Origin: Owenia fusiformis
Lineage: Eukaryota
Direction: 5' to 3'
Assembly (NCBI GenBank): GCA_903813345.2
Contig: CAIIXF020000001.1
Coordinates: 14,012,001 to 14,076,000, forward strand
DNA length: 64,000 nucleotides
The notes beneath the pieces are model-generated. The model saw nothing but the letters and a program-made list of their open reading frames with translations. It ran no database searches and was not told where the DNA came from. Below, piece by piece: positions 23,079-34,262 of this stretch; the first letter of the stretch is position 1; every line of letters begins with the position of its first letter. The translations under genes were made by a program, and so were the position numbers.

Positions 23079-26000
23079 CTATTTGCCCTTCCTGGCCTTT
23101 ATCTTACGGAGATAAAATTCAAGTTCTTTGCCTTCCAAGATGTAGCCGTCGCATCTACCACATTGTCCTGGTCTAGATGACACACATGCTGAAATTACAA
23201 GAAACAACTTAAAATATTTCATTCATACAACAAAAAAGCGTAAAATTTCAATATAACCTTTGAAGAATTTTGCATTCCATGCCTAAAAGTTCCAGGTACA
23301 TAACATGCTGGAATACATAGCATATCCAGGGAGGTGGATGGATATCATCTTTATTTACTACTATCTAGACTATTTGACTACCCCTGGGGTTAGGGAATAT
23401 CTTCCCCAGTATCAAAAACTCCTTTTTTTAAATTTTGGAATCTTGAAAGTTAGCTATTGAATGTCTGTAAAACCTGAGTAGGTATGGAATACATCTGTTT
23501 TAGATACAAGCTTTATCCCCCAGATATGTAAAAAAATGGCAAGCTAGGAAACAATTTTAACACACGTCATGCTGCAGTCAGTGTAACTATGACATATAGA
23601 AGGATCACAGAAGAGATTACAGTCAATACGACATGGCACTCCATCGTCTTCAAAATTTTCTTCATCCTGCAGTAGCGACCAAATATCAACAGTTGTGAAT
23701 GAATTCAATTAATTTTGTAGTGAAAGAAGTTAAAAGATGAATTCGTTTAGTTAAAATACTGTATTGAAAATGAAGGACAATCAATCAACATGAAAATTGC
23801 ATAGCAACTAATTCAAAATGATATCTATATGATGAAGCACGGGGGCCCGATTTGCACATTTCACTGATATTACTCGAAGGTTAGAAGAGTAGAAGGGGCT
23901 CACCTAAGACTCTTCCAGCAGAGAACTGGTCTTCAAGTGCAGATTCTATTTTAGCAACTTTCTGTCTTTCATCATATTTCTTCTGTGTCTTCTTGGAGCG
24001 TTTCTTGTTAATTCTAGCTTCATCTTCCTCATTCTGAAACATTAAAGACATGTAAGTCACATGTAACATTCCATCTCACACAAGTTTCAGAGTTGATTTA
24101 ACAAATTATACGAAGGTGTGATTTCAAAATATAAATTCTACATGTTATGCATTTTGTTAAATAGTACTACAACTTAGCTCACACTTGGTTAAAAAATTAT
24201 ATTGGGAAAAAAGAATGCACTCTAAGTGATTCCATATTTTTATTTTACCACCCTTAGACTAAAACGATAGTGATATCATTGGCTTTAGTGCAAATTCTGC
24301 AAAAATGTTAAACAAGGCCTATATCCTAAATACAGATAGAATGTACAACATGAGCACAAAATTATAGAATATAGCTTGCAGTCAGTGTAACTATGACATA
24401 TAGAAGGATCACAGAGGAGATTACAGTCAATACGACATGGCACTCCATCACCTTCAAAATTTTCTTCATCCTGCAAGGACGTATGATTAAAAACTCATCT
24501 CCATATATAATTTCATTTTTCTTGACATTTCTTCAACATTTGAAAGTGAAACATTATTATTTAGTTAGTACACCTTCATAATCCAATATGATAGGTAGAG
24601 CCATTTAAGTAGATCCATAGTTCAGAAGGAATGTTTTAAGGTCTCAGTTTGGTTCTTAGCATTTGATATTGATGATTATACACTTTCATTCTCTAGTTTC
24701 ATTTATCAACAAAATCAAAAGTTATAACAGCCAACTGAAAGCATTTCCAGAGAAATTAAACTAACCATTTTTGCTCCCTTCTTGCGGCCAAGAGGCATAG
24801 CATAGTGGGCCTCATACCACTGTCTGAAGGGTGTGGCATCAATGTGGACAATACAGTTCTTTACCAATGTCTTTGTACGCACCAACTCGTTGTTGCTGGC
24901 ATTGTACAGTACATCAATGATACGTGTCTTGCGGGCTTGGCCTGAAAGTCAAAATATAAATCACATAACTATATTGTATTGTATTGGAATAGAAAGCTAC
25001 AGTTTGTATCACTTTTGAATCACTTAATGAGTCCGTCAGTAAGCAATCAAAGGACCAAGTCACATTATTAATGGAAAAAAATACATTCATATAAGTTTTT
25101 AAGATATAAAACATTCCAATATCGGAAAACTGTGATGCAAATAGTAATTCAACAAATGTTTTTGTCAAGAAATAATTTGTCATCATATTTAGTTCTAGTA
25201 CAATGTTCTTACAGATTTTCCAGATGAAAGCAATATTTTCCAAATTGTTTTCTGCAATATTGCGCCAATTGAAAAATACAAATAAAATAAACATAGTGAT
25301 ATGCAATGCATGGTCCATGATCTTATCCAAGTAATCCCTAATCCACTTTCTGATATTTGAGATAAAAGGTTTAAGCAAGATCAAAGTTCATCAGAAGTCC
25401 ATCTTGAATGATCAGTTTTGAATATGCCATATAACAATAATTAAAACCAAATAAAAAACATTAGAACTTTTAAGAAAGAAATATGCATGTCAACAGATAG
25501 TTCATAGCAACACATGGAAAAATAAAACATTCAATAATCGAAGCTAATATGGTGTAGTTTATACCACACTGATAATTTGTACTCACTCTCAGACCCCCAG
25601 GCAAAGTTACCAGTATCAAGCCTCAAAGCCCTGTATTTTTTGTTTCCACCACGTGTTCGCACTGTGTGGATACGCCTGGCACCAAGCTGGATAAAAAAAG
25701 AATAGAAATAGATTTAGATACCACATGAACATATTCAGTAAATCAAGCACTATTTTCAGACAGCATTTTACAAAGGTTATTTATAAAAACAGTTATTTCG
25801 TGATCATCATTCTTCCTAATTTTACTTCGATTTTTCCTTGTGGTTAAAACATTTTTTGCAATGACAACTCAGTCAATCATTATAGGTCAACAGCAAATGG
25901 AATACTAAATACTAATAATAAATGATATTTTTCAGTGTGTATTCAAAACACAATATGCAATATTTCACTGCATGCCCATGCACATTTAGAGATTAAAACA

Positions 26001-26975
26001 CAAGACAATTTGTCTTTGAAAAATAGTGCTAGAATTAGAACAAGTAATACAATACAATGAGACTACTTTCAAGACAGGTAGCACAAACTCCAACTCGTTC
26101 AGAAGTTTGTTATTCTTGACTGGTAATACATACTATTTTGACAATGCACATTTCAAGTCCTACATTTAGCCTGATAGACAGGATCTAGGTTGGTTTAATT
26201 GAGGTGCAACTCTGGTATTTCTACGGTTGACAAGGGGGCTGTTTATCTACTATGGAATATTCATGCGCCATATTAAAATTAGATGTTTGCGAAATTACGA
26301 CCCCCATGAAATTATATACCTTATCCATCACCATAGAAAATCGGAGAAAATCACAGACCTATATAGGCTATAATAAAGTACAGCATTTACCTTAGTGTTA
26401 GCAGCTGGTCGTCCCAACTCAAACTTCCTCTTCTTGCGCAGAGGTTTTAAACGGCCACCGGTCTTCCTCCTCTTATGCCACTTGTCCCGAGAAATACCTG
26501 AAAACAATTAAGAATAAGTATCAATAAGTCTAAAATTATCATATGCTAGAAGATGCAGCTGAAGCCATGATCACAACTGTGATTTGAAGCAAAGGTCTTA
26601 TTATTATTTACTTTTCTATGATCAAAAACATTTTGAACAAAGTTTTGATCTAAATCAAGATATGATCGACAACAAATGTCTAGTTCTATTGATCTAAGTG
26701 GCAAGGAAAATGTTCATTTTGCATATAATGCTACAAAGTCTAGTTTTGCAGAAATATGCATGATACAAATCAATTTGACATCATTTCAATGAAGGAACCA
26801 ACTTTTCAAATACGGATTTATGGAGATAACTATACACAATTCAGTCTCAATTTTACACATCTGAATTACAGGATCATCATATTTTGCACAGAAAATGATG
26901 GAATTATATCATTTTTACGATTAAGGAGGATGTAAATCGATATTCATAGAAGATTTTAGTAATTTTCCTACCCAT
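23079..26975 (-). CDS. RPS8: 40S ribosomal protein S8 (eS8), 6 exons, 208 aa
   Basis: Exons 26972-26975, 26391-26497, 25587-25686, 24766-24941, 23904-24033, 23079-23188 total 627 nt. Peptide [16 protein letters not shown]...[10 protein letters not shown]...[16 protein letters not shown]...[24 protein letters not shown] at 23035-23040. Confidence 0.98.
23572..23672 (-). ncRNA. SNORD46: C/D box snoRNA, SNORD46/U46-like, copy in RPS8 intron 5
   Basis: Terminal stem CTGCAG/CTGCAG, variant box C AGGATGA, box D CTGA. The preceding guide TGTCATAGTTACA is complementary to LSU rRNA GUAACUAUGAC, and the 3' end is the same as remembered for vertebrate U46. Confidence 0.85.
24375..24477 (-). ncRNA. SNORD46: C/D box snoRNA, SNORD46/U46-like, copy in RPS8 intron 4
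   Basis: Near-identical to 23572-23672, with terminal stem CTTGCAG/CTGCAAG. Similarity stops at the stem. Confidence 0.85.
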
Positions 26976-27025
26976 GATGGCGACCTAACGTGAAAAGAAT
27001 GATTCTCGCGAACTTTTGCGAGATT
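26976..27025 (-). promoter_or_regulatory. RPS8 TCT initiator / 5' TOP and core promoter
   Basis: Minus strand reads ttCTTTTCacgttaggtcgccatcATG. A TCTCGCGA motif lies immediately upstream at about 27004-27011. Confidence 0.7.
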
Positions 27026-27909
27026 TCAACTTTGGGGATCAATCATTATGTACCCCAAATTTTGTTTTTTCTTTCATATAACCATAAACTGCCCTTCTAA
27101 AACGAACAAGAAAATGCAAACAATTAAAATATAAGATTTTATATAACGGCTTATATGTCTCAAATCTTAAACGATATCAAAAATGTCCAACAAGAAACCC
27201 AAAAATACTCCAAAATTCACATTGATTGGTAGATACACATTCCCATTTTTTTATAATAAAACAAAATCTATTTCTTTACAAAGCTTTTATATCCAAAACC
27301 AGTTCTTACATTGCATTTTGACAAAAACAAGAATATTTAATATGCATTTCTACTTTAATAAGTTGCCTTTCTTTGAGAAAATATGACAGAATTTTCTTGA
27401 TTTTGGAATGTGTCATTCTTAAAAAATGAAATGAAGTTTTTGGTAGAGGTTCTATGTAAGCAGTCACGACACTTAGAGCATTTTCCCATTTAGGACACCC
27501 ATGGAAATTCTCCTTGTGTCCACTACAAATTTGGGAATTCTCATTACATACACTCAAACTTTATTTCTACATTTCACATGCAAGCCACATCAATTCATAT
27601 GTAGTTTCCTCTTGTGTAATTCCACGAACACTATGACACACCATTTGTCTCTAAGCTCAATGTCCAACATGTGTCAGGTACCTATACACATCGTGACCGA
27701 TGCAAGCAGTCACGAAAATTCAACAAATCTCGTCCACATCAGTTATTCCTGTGAAATCTCCTCCACACGTGCGCACGTATACGTAGTACTAACTCCCTTA
27801 CATGCGCGAATCTCGCCCACATCCGTTTTGCCTGTGTATTCTCCTCTACGACGTGCACATATTACTTACTAATTCGCCCTAATTCCCCTGTTTCACATCT
27901 TCGCACAGA

Positions 27910-28640
27910 TTGGTGGAGTAAACGGGGGTACGGGGAAACGGGGGTACATACTCATGCATTTACATATCTCCTATACACTTCATCCTGCTATATTACGTAC
28001 CGTGGTTGGCGGGGTAAATGGGGTAGATACTCTGACATGTAATTACATATCTCCTATACACTTCATCCTACTATACGTATCGTGGCTGGCGGGGTAAACG
28101 GGGTACATACTTCACATGTATTTACATATCTCCGTAACACTTCATCCTACTATAAGTCATGTAAGTACCGTGGTTGGCGGGGTAAACGGGGTAGATACTC
28201 TGACATGTATTTACATATCTCCTATACACTTCATCCTACTATACGTACCGTGGCTGGCGGGGTAAACGGGGTACATACTTCACATGTATTTACATATCTC
28301 CTATACACTTCATCCTACTATATTACGTACCGTGGTTGGTGGGGTAAACGGGGTAGATACTCTCACATGTATTTACCCATCTCCCATACACTTCATCCTA
28401 CTATACGTACCGTGGCTGGCGGGGTAAACGGGGTACATACTTCACATGTATTTACATATCTCCTATACACTTCATCCTACTATATTACGTACAGTGGTTG
28501 GTGGGGTAAACGGGGTAGATACTCTCACATGTATTTACCCATCTACCATACACTTCATCCTACTATATTACGTACCGTGGCTGGCGGGGTAATCGGGGTA
28601 CATACTTCACATGTATTTACATATCTCCCATACACTTCAC
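27910..28640 (+). repeat. Tandem array, ~81-bp units alternating as ~162-bp dimers
   Basis: Recurring GGCGGGGTAAACGGGGTA(C/G)ATAC...CATGTATTTACATATCTCC. Confidence 0.9.
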
Positions 28641-28799
28641 ACTCAAAGCCACTTAAGTGTGAAATAGATTTTGTTAAAAAGTGAAAAAAATTCTAAAATG
28701 TTTTTTCAAATAGACATATAGTATATATCTGTATACAATTGTACATTCGTTACCCAAGGCATTTAAGTAAACTCCAAGGGAAATTGGCGAATTTTCAAA

Positions 28800-29108
28800 T
28801 TGAAATTAGGGTCCGTCTCAAACATGAATTCCTTAAGTAATGCGGGCTCAGCAGGTCATTATGGCAGTTTGATTCAAAGAAACACAAATTCTTTGGCACG
28901 CTCTGTAACTAAGAAAGATCGAGGTAGTAAAAAAGGTTGTAGGTGTGGTGTCAACCGAATAAGAAGTGGAAAAGAAATCTTATGCTGTGTAGGTAGAAGA
29001 TGCCCATGTTCTTCAAAAAATGCTAAATGTCAACAATCGTGTGCTTGCCCTTCAAAAAATTGTAACAATGGTAAACCAAAAAAAGGAATTAAATGTGAAA
29101 AAAACTAG
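28800..29108 (+). pseudogene. Short ORF remnant with a Cys-rich CXC (MSL2/tesmin-like) domain inside a transposon
   Basis: KKGCRCG...CCVGRRCPCSSKNAKCQQSCACPSKNCNN fits the CxC-xn-C-x4-CxC-x6-C-x3-CxC-xn-CxN pattern. Confidence 0.55.
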
Positions 29109-29457
29109 AAGGAGACTAACAAAAGCCAGCAAGAAACATGTAACATCTTTCGAATATTTGTCGAACAATTTGCAAGAAATTAATACTGGGCCGACGGATA
29201 AATTGGAGCTTTTCTATATCGGGAATAGTTATGTTCCATTAAGTGCAATTTGAAATTGATTTTAGTAAATATAATAGTTCGACATGACCCTTTAAAGTAT
29301 ACGTATACGTATAAGTTGTACTTTCACTTATGTGCGAAATCTCTCTAGTGTTTTAAAGTATTTACGAATTAAATAACAGGTAGATAGATATATATTGACA
29401 CAGATAAATTTTCTTGAAAATATCCAAAACTTCTAATTGTGAATCTTAAATCATGTT

Positions 29458-30025
29458 TGTAGCAATGTAGAGTATACATGTAAAGGTATGCACCCCGCTT
29501 ACCCCGCTTACCTCACCTCCATGGTATGTGTAGAAGCTGCCTCACAGTGTAGCAATGTAGAGAATACATGTAAAGGTATGTACCCCGCTTACCCCGCTTT
29601 CCAGCCTATGTATAGGTGCTTGACACAGTGAAGCAATGTGTAGCAATGTAGAGTATACATGTAAAGGTATGCACCCCGCTTACCCCGCTTACCCCACCTC
29701 CATGGTATGTGTAGAAGCTGCCTCACAGTGTAGCAATGTAGAGAATATATGTAAAGGTATGTACCCCGCTTACCCCGCTTTCCAGCCTATGTATAGGTGC
29801 TTGACACAGTGTAGCAATGTGTAGCAATGTAGAGTATACATGTAAAGGTATGCACCCCGCTTACCCCGCTTACCCCACCTCCATGGTATGTGTAGAAGCT
29901 GCCTCACAGTGTAGCAATGTAGAGTATACAGGTAAGGATATGTACCCCGTTTACCCCGCTTTCCAGCCTATGTATAGGTGCTTGACACAGTGTAGCAATG
30001 TGTAGCAATGTACAGTATACATGTT
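29458..30025 (-). repeat. Tandem array, ~181-bp units (about 3 copies), inverted relative of the 27910-28640 array
   Basis: GTATGTACCCCG(T/C)TTACCCCGC is the reverse complement of the left-array core. Confidence 0.9.
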
Positions 30026-30409
30026 GCATGGTTAGAAATGGCTAAGTGCCGTGACATTTTAGCTCGTGACTGCTTACATGGAACCGCAGCCAAGTTTTTC
30101 AACAAAGTTTGCACAAAACACAAAAAGTAGCAAGACTAGTACATATACTATTAAATTACAGTTGTAATTTTCAATTTGAGTTGTAGGATGTAAGTATATC
30201 TCCATCTTGGGTGAGGCAGGGCTTTCAATTCTAGTTGAAAGCCCATGGGTGAGGCAAGAATCAATGAAAAGGCCATGAAAATCATCTTAGAAAAGTATGA
30301 TTATACACATTTGGCAGTCATGCAAGCCAAAGATTGTAAAAAATTGTAAAACACCTTTTACGAAAGCCTTGAAGTGGTCGGTGCTTCGTTCTATGGACTG
30401 GGGTAGGAC

Positions 30410-30954
30410 TTATCCCGTACCAGGACTATAGTCCTGCATCGAGCGCAATCTTTTGCCTATACTATTACAACTTGGGAGAATTATTTACGCCCCTTACACT
30501 TATGATACCTACTTCAATAGATTCCTGGGTATTTTAGCATTGTTTTCGTGTAGTTGAATCCAAAATTGTCTGGGTATATCGGCAGAATGAAAACATTTTT
30601 CTTTTGCATCGAGAGATAGTCCATCACTTTCCAAGATGGCGGTTGGATTTAAAAGGGGATTCCCCGTTTGACTGACCCGGAAGTGGCCCGCAAGTACCAA
30701 AAATGGAGGAATTTGACGGTTGAAATAACTTAACTATTACACGCAAATATTGCGATCAAAAACGAAAATTTCTTTGTTCTGCCGATAAACCCAAGCAATT
30801 GTGGATTCAACTACACAAAAAGAATGCTAAAATACCAAGGAATCTATTGAAATAGGTATCTTAGATGTAACAAGCGTAGAAAATTCTCCCATGTTGTAAT
30901 CGTACAGGCAAAAGAATAAGACGTTCACAGGACTATAGTCCTGGCACGGGATAA
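30410..30954. mobile_element. Foldback MITE with ~200-bp TIRs and 8-bp TSD
   Basis: TTATCCCGTACCAGGACTATAGTCCTG...CAGGACTATAGTCCTGGCACGGGATAA. TSD GGTAGGAC at 30402-30409 and 30955-30962. Confidence 0.85.
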
Positions 30955-31270
30955 GGTAGGACCATTCACGTGAACTAAGTCCCGCCTTTATTAGCTTATA
31001 TGGCAAATCATCAAGGCAACTGCCAAGTCCTCAAATGATGTGATTAAGATTTGATATTTGACGTATCACATAAAACTATGACATCAGTCACATATATACT
31101 CCATCGAGCAACTATAAACAAACAAATGATTGTAGCGTCACACATCTCTGTTGATTCTATATTATGTGACGTCATTAACATGTTACCTTACCAACAACAA
31201 AACATGCATTAAAGTTTGCTGTTCATGGATCAGTTTTCTCCATCGACATATGGCCTTCGTATTTTTCTCG
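30955..31270 (-). repeat. Old interspersed repeat homologous to the Gypsy flanks (9369-9582 plus 14165-14330)
   Basis: Shared collinear blocks gaaaaatacgaaggccat, ggtaacatgttaatgacgtcaca, gatgtcatagttt, gatgatttgccatataag, tcacgtga. Confidence 0.7.
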
Positions 31271-31605
31271 TGAAATTCACCAGATAATCTTGTTTGGTGA
31301 ATGTTCCCCTTGCTGGGAACAACACCCTTTCTGAAAGATCAACAAACCTCAGGCCAGGAACGAACAATAACTCTCAAAGATGACTATTTTTGCATGAACA
31401 ATGAATCGCACATTCATACTAACTATTTGATGATGCGCATACTCTATTTCATAATTTGATTGGTTTGTTGGAACCATTTCTGTTGTGTGACCCTCTCCAC
31501 CTTCACCCCCAGCAGAGGAAAAAATAAAACTCCCTTGGTAAATCCTGGCCCTGTGGCCTGTACTATTCACCACACTTCTTTCTAAACAATGTACTATAGG
31601 TTTGA

Positions 31606-31766
31606 CAGGCCTGTAGCCTGGTAGCAGGGTTTTGTTCACTTTTGACAATTTTGGTCCAAAAATGGCCAAAATCACTTAAAAAGTGCTCAGAATGGTGAAA
31701 AACTGCATGATTTTGAAAGAATTTTTGGTCCGCTCGAGCCCATCGAACCCCCTGGCTACGGGCCTG
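31606..31766. mobile_element. hAT-like MITE with 5-bp TSD (related copy at 37936-38135)
   Basis: CAGGCCTGTAGCC...GGCTACGGGCCTG flanked by TTTGA on both sides. Internal block aaatggccaaaatcacttaaaaa is shared with 37936-38135. Confidence 0.7.
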
Positions 31767-32211
31767 TTTGACATCCTATTTTCTTTGTGACACTATCGGC
31801 ACTCACTATCTGCCTCAGGACATTTGGTTAAGGATTTAAGCCTTGGATTTAAGCGTTGTGTGCTGAACCATTCCATGAAGATGTTGTTTCCAAGTTGAGT
31901 TGGCAAGTCATCAAATCCAATGTGAAAAGTCCATATATCACCATAAAAACTGTCTAACTAGTGACGTTGATTGTGTTATTGATTATTTCACACGCTGTTT
32001 TATATCACTGGTTATAATAATTTATAGAGCCAACCAAAAGTTCTAAAAAGCAAGCTCAATGTCCTGTTTAAGAACCCTTATTCTTAGTATTAAAAATGGC
32101 AGTCACCATCTGTAACAAATGGCATGTAGTGACTTGCATTGTTTTCATGAATTTCTTTTTGTCTATATTTCAGATCATGGAAAGGAAATGCTAAATGCTG
32201 GCTGATAAAAC

Positions 32212-32844
32212 ATGGCATCAAACCGGGAAAAGTACTACATAACAAATACATTACTTTGTCTTCTCAAAGCATGTGAAAACAAAAAAACAATTGTTGAATT
32301 AAGAAATGAAAACATTGTGGAGGGACTAATTAATTATGTGGATGGATTTATGAATGTAACCATGTCTGATGTGAAGTTCACATCATTCAGGGGTGACGTG
32401 AGTATGTTTGAATCATTCTTTGTGGCTGGGAAGAACATACGATTTGTTCAAATACCTGATGAAATTGACATGATGGCAGCTATCAAGGCTCACGCAGCCA
32501 GAGCAGCTAGTGCAGCAAATGTAGGTCTTCAAGAGACCAAACGCAATCCCAAATCTTTGAATATTTGGCAACAAAAATCAGAAGCATCTAAATTAGCTCA
32601 AATGAAACAGATGGTTCATGGGTCTGAAGCTCAAATGAAAATGGTTCAAGAAGCTCAATTGAAAATGGACTCCAAAGCTGAGGCACATGACAGAATGGTT
32701 AACGAAGCTGAAGCCCAAATGAAGAAACTTCATAGAACTGAGGCTATTAGAACGGATAGACCAATTGAGCCAGATTCAAGTAAAGACAAATCAAGTGAAG
32801 TAGAGGTTGATCCTTGTGTAATACAAGATCCTGACAATATATAA
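32212..32844 (+). CDS. LSM10: U7 snRNA-associated Sm-like protein LSm10 with C-terminal extension, 210 aa
   Basis: Sm fold NTLLCLLKA...VELRNE...G.I.YVDGFMN...FFVAGKNIRFVQIPDEID matches remembered LSm10. An upstream splice acceptor TTTCAG at about 32173 implies a non-coding first exon. Confidence 0.88.
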   Translation: MASNREKYYITNTLLCLLKACENKKTIVELRNENIVEGLINYVDGFMNVTMSDVKFTSFRGDVSMFESFFVAGKNIRFVQIPDEIDMMAAIKAHAARAASAANVGLQETKRNPKSLNIWQQKSEASKLAQMKQMVHGSEAQMKMVQEAQLKMDSKAEAHDRMVNEAEAQMKKLHRTEAIRTDRPIEPDSSKDKSSEVEVDPCVIQDPDNI

Positions 32845-33794
32845 TTCTGAACAGGGTACTTAACATTCAAAAAATATATTAAAAATACAGATCTCATCAT
32901 TTAACCCTCAACTGCTTGAATGTTCAATATTCCATCAAGTGCAACATAAATCCAAATGTGTCATTGAAATAGACTGGATGCAAGTAGAGATCATACTGAA
33001 TAAAGTCATCAAATATTCAAAACTTAATCAAAATGACTTCATATATGAAATCTACCTAAGATTACATCTGGTTTAAAAAGTAAAACAACTTTGTTTAAAA
33101 ATGTGACTTCTAGGTCAGAAAGATTCCCCATAGAGCCTAAGAGAAAATTGTATTTCATGATGCTATTTCTTTTGATGGGATAGTACTTTTGATACTTTAC
33201 AAATGATCACTTAATAATATTTCAGTTCAACTCAACAATGTATCACCATTCGAGCCTCGCTTTCGTGGATGATGCAGTGTCACCTTTTGTGGAATATTTC
33301 CTTATCACATACTGGAATGTATGATAACTGATAGTGTTAATTAAAGTGTAACATCACAAATCACAATATATAGTCTCTGTGTTTTATTTGAATCATTGAA
33401 TAACTGAATAATCTGATTTGAAAATCAAGGTACAGACTTGGGCAAGGTTAATTTAGTTAGCCTATTGAATACTGAAATAGGAGTCAACATCAATTACAGC
33501 AAAACCTGTACAAGTGGAGCACTTCAAAATAATGTTTCATTTGGGAGGTGCTCCACTTATACAGTGGGGGACATAAAGAATTGCTATAGCTATGAAAATT
33601 ACATGCTGTCGCACATGTAATAAATTCTTACCTCAGTGTATTCAGTGCTCTATTTTCTCTGTCCTAGTAAGTCCAAATATAGTGGAATTTGTGTCCATAA
33701 TGACAATGAACTTAATAAAAAGTTGAAGTGGATATTCACATGTTAATACTGACTCTTCAAATGTTGAGGTGATTTTGGAGCCCGATTACGCTGC

Positions 33795-33925
33795 AAGGGA
33801 GGATAGACTCCCAGAATGCAACATGACACGTGCCAGCTTTCAAAATGCCGTTCCGCCATTTTGAAACCTGTCACAAGTAAATAATGTTAACTGATGTTGC
33901 ATTGTGGGAGTCAATCCTCCTTGGA
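33795..33925. repeat. Short inverted-repeat element
   Basis: ggaggatagactcccagaatgcaacat / atgttgcattgtgggagtcaatcctcc. Confidence 0.55.
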
Positions 33926-34262
33926 TCACAAACATGGTGATTCATAAAAACATTCGTTCGATTTGGTAGAGATTTATCCATCATTTGCAGGTATGAAGCT
34001 TTGGATTCATTTATTGTGCTACTTAAAGTGAACGGGAATTATTTTTCTACCACTTGGGAGAGTTTGAGACACGAAACTTAGAATTTAGCTCATTGTGACA
34101 ACTTTTGATGGTTGAGGTTTAGTTTTGTCCCCCACTTACAGTTCATTTTACATTAAGTTAATGGGTTACACCAGGGAATGGCAGGGATTGTTCACTAGCT
34201 ATAGCTTTAAGGAACAAAGGGGGTTTAGGTTATGTCTTTAAATACAAGTTTCTGTTCCAAGT

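Larger units (their letters stand above)
27442..30091. mobile_element. Non-autonomous DNA transposon with GG..CC TIRs, 8-bp TSD and inverted tandem arrays (Merlin- or Zisupton-like; family uncertain)
   Basis: TIR GGTAGAGGTTCTATGTAAGCAGTCACGA / TCGTGACTGCTTACATGGAACCGCAGCC. TSD AAGTTTTT at 27434-27441 and 30092-30099. Confidence 0.8.

Noticed and set aside
24914-25384. 156-aa minus-strand ORF
   Set aside because: Lies mostly in RPS8 intron 3, is AT-rich and has no motif.
25730-25812. Possible additional C/D snoRNA in RPS8 intron 2 (ATGATGA...CTGA on the minus strand)
   Set aside because: No terminal stem and no rRNA guide that I can recognise. U38- and U55-like guides were not found by eye in any intron; a cmsearch would be needed.
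27910-30025. Regular repeats resembling a CRISPR array; ORFs 28082-28684, 29636-29824 and 29817-30005
   Set aside because: There are no unique spacers and no cas genes, and the context is eukaryotic. The ORFs are by-products of tandem repeats.
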